Source of the DNA: an uncultured virus (IMG/VR IMGVR_UViG_3300020461_000002)
Taxonomy: Duplodnaviria; Heunggongvirae; Uroviricota; Caudoviricetes
DNA: 56,706 nucleotides
IMG/VR virus record: IMGVR_UViG_3300020461_000002
Reading direction: 5' to 3' (one strand)
Each line of letters opens with the position of its first letter. Position 1 is the stretch's first letter. The notes under the pieces were generated by a model. It ran no database searches. It was not told where the DNA came from and saw only the letters and a list, made by a program, of their open reading frames with translations. The translations under genes and the position numbers were made by a program. Below are positions 54,303-56,706 of the stretch, piece after piece.

Positions 54303-54452
54303 ATGCCAGATCCAAACGCCCTTTATGAGGATATGCAGAAACTCGACGACATGTTTGAAGAGTTACTGTGGCATCCTGACGATGAATTACAATTTACTCA
54401 CGATGGTCAAAAGATTATCATTATTAACAAAACTTTAGAGGAACAACAATGA
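54303..54452 (+). CDS. Small hypothetical protein (49 aa, not in ORF track)
   Basis: MPDPNALYEDMQKLDDMFEELLWHPDD...; ATGA-coupled to hli. Confidence 0.65.
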   Translation: MPDPNALYEDMQKLDDMFEELLWHPDDELQFTHDGQKIIIINKTLEEQQ

Positions 54453-54556
54453 ACGAAACCGCAGAACGTATTAATGGACTTGCAGCTATGATCGGTGTTA
54501 TTGCCGCCATGGGTGCCTATGCAGTTACAGGACAAATCATCCCAGGTATTTGGTGA
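54449..54556 (+). CDS. hli: High-light inducible protein (35 aa, not in ORF track)
   Basis: MNETAERINGLAAMIGVIAAMGAYAVTGQIIPGIW. Confidence 0.92.
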   Translation: MNETAERINGLAAMIGVIAAMGAYAVTGQIIPGIW

Positions 54557-54678
54557 TGTTAGTTATCGCAGCATCACTCATAGGTGCCTTTATAGTCGGA
54601 GCAGTTCTCACTGATGATGTAGATGATGACGATGACTTTGGTGGTGGTATGTTGATTCCAGCACATAACCCCGTATAA
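54556..54678 (+). CDS. Small membrane protein with acidic tail (40 aa, not in ORF track)
   Basis: TM then DDVDDDDDFGGGMLIPA; TGATG coupling. Confidence 0.6.
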   Translation: MLVIAASLIGAFIVGAVLTDDVDDDDDFGGGMLIPAHNPV

Positions 54679-54681
54679 TTG

Positions 54682-54718
54682 AAGGTCTCTCTATATAATG
54701 TGGAGAGACCTTTTTTTT
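54682..54718 (+). terminator. Rho-independent terminator; loop contains TATAAT
   Basis: AAGGTCTCTC/GAGAGACCTT stem plus T run. Confidence 0.8.
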
Positions 54719-54880
54719 ATGCCTAAGAATCAATTGAATAAGGAAGAGATGTATGTGCGCGTTATGAAATTGAAAACAATGGTAGATAATGAAGGTTCAA
54801 ATGTGTGGAAGGGTGAACGAAATTTGGCGCACAAGTATTTAAATAAGGTCTTAGATATTATCGATGAGTATCGTTATTGA
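54719..54880 (+). CDS. Hypothetical protein
   Basis: MPKNQLNK...AHKYLNKVLD. Confidence 0.65.
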   Translation: MPKNQLNKEEMYVRVMKLKTMVDNEGSNVWKGERNLAHKYLNKVLDIIDEYRY

Positions 54881-54992
54881 CTAAATAATCTTATCCCGCT
54901 AGAATGCGGACGATCACCCAAGACAGAATACTTGACAATATCTCTTTAGTCTCGTAATGTAGTAGACTGTTGTTGGAAAACAATTTTCAAAT

Positions 54993-55187
54993 ATGACACA
55001 TTTAACAAGGGATGTGTTAATCAAGAAAATCGTAGCCAAGGAAATGGTAGGTTGCGGTGGCACTGATTACATCCAATCTCTCAAAAATGCGTACCACAAA
55101 TGGGAACATGAATCAAGCGATGTTCTCTGTAAAAAATACAATCAAATAAACCACACAAATATAACTGTAGAGATACTTGATCCATAA
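54993..55187 (+). CDS. Hypothetical protein
   Basis: 64-aa ORF after TTGACA-N17-TAATGT promoter (54932-54960). Confidence 0.65.
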   Translation: MTHLTRDVLIKKIVAKEMVGCGGTDYIQSLKNAYHKWEHESSDVLCKKYNQINHTNITVEILDP

Positions 55188-55211
55188 ATAATTTTGCCTT
55201 GCTCTTTCTAT

Positions 55212-55493
55212 ATGGAATCCGCTCCAAAGAAAGAGGAAACCAAACAGAATAAGTTTGATTGGGCAGACGAAGGTCTGTCGGCATTGGTGCGCGTTGTTAT
55301 TCTATCGTGGTCTGCAGCAATTCTCACACTAAACTATGTGTCTATTCCTGGTGTTCCTCAAAAGAATATTGACCCAACGTTTATAGCCAGCGTGTTCACC
55401 GGAACTTTAGCTACGTTCGGGGTTGTTCCTGCTAGGAAGGATAGAAAAGAAGAAAAAAAACCTGAACTAGAGAAAAAAGAAAAGGTGGATTAA
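55212..55493 (+). CDS. Conserved membrane protein
   Basis: LVRVVILSWSAAILT, IDPTFIASVFTG.LATFGV. Confidence 0.75.
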   Translation: MESAPKKEETKQNKFDWADEGLSALVRVVILSWSAAILTLNYVSIPGVPQKNIDPTFIASVFTGTLATFGVVPARKDRKEEKKPELEKKEKVD

Positions 55494-55568
55494 AGTTAGG
55501 AATTCCTAATAATAAAATTAGTAATAAAGTCTTACCATAATAGATACTGTAGCGATAAGAAAAACTTA

Positions 55569-55892
55569 ATGAAGTTTCTATTAGCAGTTTTAGCTACACT
55601 ATTTTTTGCTGCTCCTGTATGGGCAGTAGATGTACAGATGGGTTCTGGTGGGAATTTAGTATTTGATCCCTCTGAGATAACCATCTCTGCTGGTGAGTCT
55701 GTTCATTTTATAAATCAGGCACTACCTCCTCATAATATTATTGTTGAGGGTCGTGCTGATCTTTCGAGAGAATCATTAATGTTTGCTCCTGGAGAATCTC
55801 AGGATGTTGTTTTTTCTGAAAAAGGAGACTATACTTACTGGTGTGGACCACATAAAGGAGCAGGTATGATTGGTACAATTCACGTCAATTAA
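55569..55892 (+). CDS. petE: Plastocyanin
   Basis: Signal peptide; Cu ligands PHN, YWCGPH, AGM. Confidence 0.95.
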   Translation: MKFLLAVLATLFFAAPVWAVDVQMGSGGNLVFDPSEITISAGESVHFINQALPPHNIIVEGRADLSRESLMFAPGESQDVVFSEKGDYTYWCGPHKGAGMIGTIHVN

Positions 55893-56029
55893 TGGATAAA
55901 GATCAAAAAAGAGAATTTTACAAATCACTTAGGGAAAGAATCAAACAACTTAGGATGGAACATTTATTTGAAGAACCATGCCCACTGTATGAACCAGACT
56001 GGGAGGAAGAAGACGATGAACACTTTTAA
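55892..56029 (+). CDS. Small hypothetical protein (45 aa, not in ORF track)
   Basis: MDKDQKREFYKSLRERIKQLRMEHLFEEPCPLYEP...; TAATG coupling. Confidence 0.6.
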   Translation: MDKDQKREFYKSLRERIKQLRMEHLFEEPCPLYEPDWEEEDDEHF

Positions 56030-56519
56030 TACTTTAGTTCTAGAGATTACAGTCTCTATCATTGATTTCTTATACAAGGGTAGAGACTATCAAAGGTTCT
56101 GGGTGCTTGAAGAAATTGCTCGCGCACCATACTTTGCGTTCCTTAGTGTATTACATTTTCGTGAAAGTATGGGACTTCGCGGTCCAGAACACATCTACTT
56201 GATGGAGGAACATTTTGCTCAAACTCTTAACGAGACAGAACATCTGGAATACATGGAAAGTAGGGGCGGTAATGCTTATTGGATTGATCGCTTATTCGCC
56301 AAATCTCTTGTACTTATCTACTATTGGGTCAACGTGGTTTATTATTGGTTGGCTCCTCGTTCTGCTTACCATCTCTCCTATGAAGTAGAGATACATGCTG
56401 CAGTTACATACTCTAAATATCTTGCAGAAAATGGTCCAGATGAAAAGATCCTTGAAATATTAAATGATGAATTGGAACACTCTAGAGAATTAGAATTAGC
56501 AATGGAGAAAATTAAATGA
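56016..56519 (+). CDS. ptoX: Plastoquinol terminal oxidase
   Basis: RFWVLEEIARAPYF, NETEHL, EVEIHA..TY, DELEH di-iron ligands. Confidence 0.95.
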   Translation: MNTFNTLVLEITVSIIDFLYKGRDYQRFWVLEEIARAPYFAFLSVLHFRESMGLRGPEHIYLMEEHFAQTLNETEHLEYMESRGGNAYWIDRLFAKSLVLIYYWVNVVYYWLAPRSAYHLSYEVEIHAAVTYSKYLAENGPDEKILEILNDELEHSRELELAMEKIK

Positions 56520-56706
56520 AAGTTGGAATTATTGGACTTGGGCGGATGGGTGAAGGAATGTCCCGCCGTATGTTGAAAGCAGGAATTGAAGTTCATGGGT
56601 ATCGTAACAATGTTAAAAAAGCTGAGGAACAATATGAGAAGGGTTATATCAGTGGATATACCACTTCTCTGGAAAGCCTTGTTCAAGTAGTACATAATCA
56701 GCAGGG
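56516..56706 (+). CDS. gnd: 6-phosphogluconate dehydrogenase, 3'-truncated by window
   Basis: MKVGIIGLGRMGEGMSRR Rossmann motif; ATGA-coupled after ptoX. Confidence 0.85.
   Translation, partial: MKVGIIGLGRMGEGMSRRMLKAGIEVHGYRNNVKKAEEQYEKGYISGYTTSLESLVQVVHNQQ

Noticed and set aside
55521..55535. NtcA site upstream of petE
   Set aside because: Spacing is GTA-N9-TAC rather than N8.

Overview
This is a 56.7-kb segment of a T4-like marine cyanophage (myovirus, probably infecting Synechococcus). Nearly all genes lie on the + strand. It runs from the 3' end of gp46 through the replication core (gp45, gp44, dam, gp62, regA, hsp20, gp43, uvsX, gp41, mazG), a late/virion block with a cytidyltransferase-like gene, then gp61 primase and nrdAB. 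It continues through a tRNA-rich accessory region (six tRNAs in the window in total, two sulfotransferase-like paralogs, an outer-membrane protein, pstS) and an 8-kb glycosylation cluster, and ends in host-like metabolic genes (two hli, petE, ptoX, start of gnd). Most notable: (1) a translationally coupled nucleotidyltransferase / HAD nucleotidase / DeoD / putative glycosyltransferase module inside the glycan cluster, which could convert nucleotides into an NDP-pentose donor; (2) an array of small genes after gp44, each delimited by a copy of the gp44 3' end; (3) several structured RNA elements. All product calls come from motif recognition by eye; no database searches were run.
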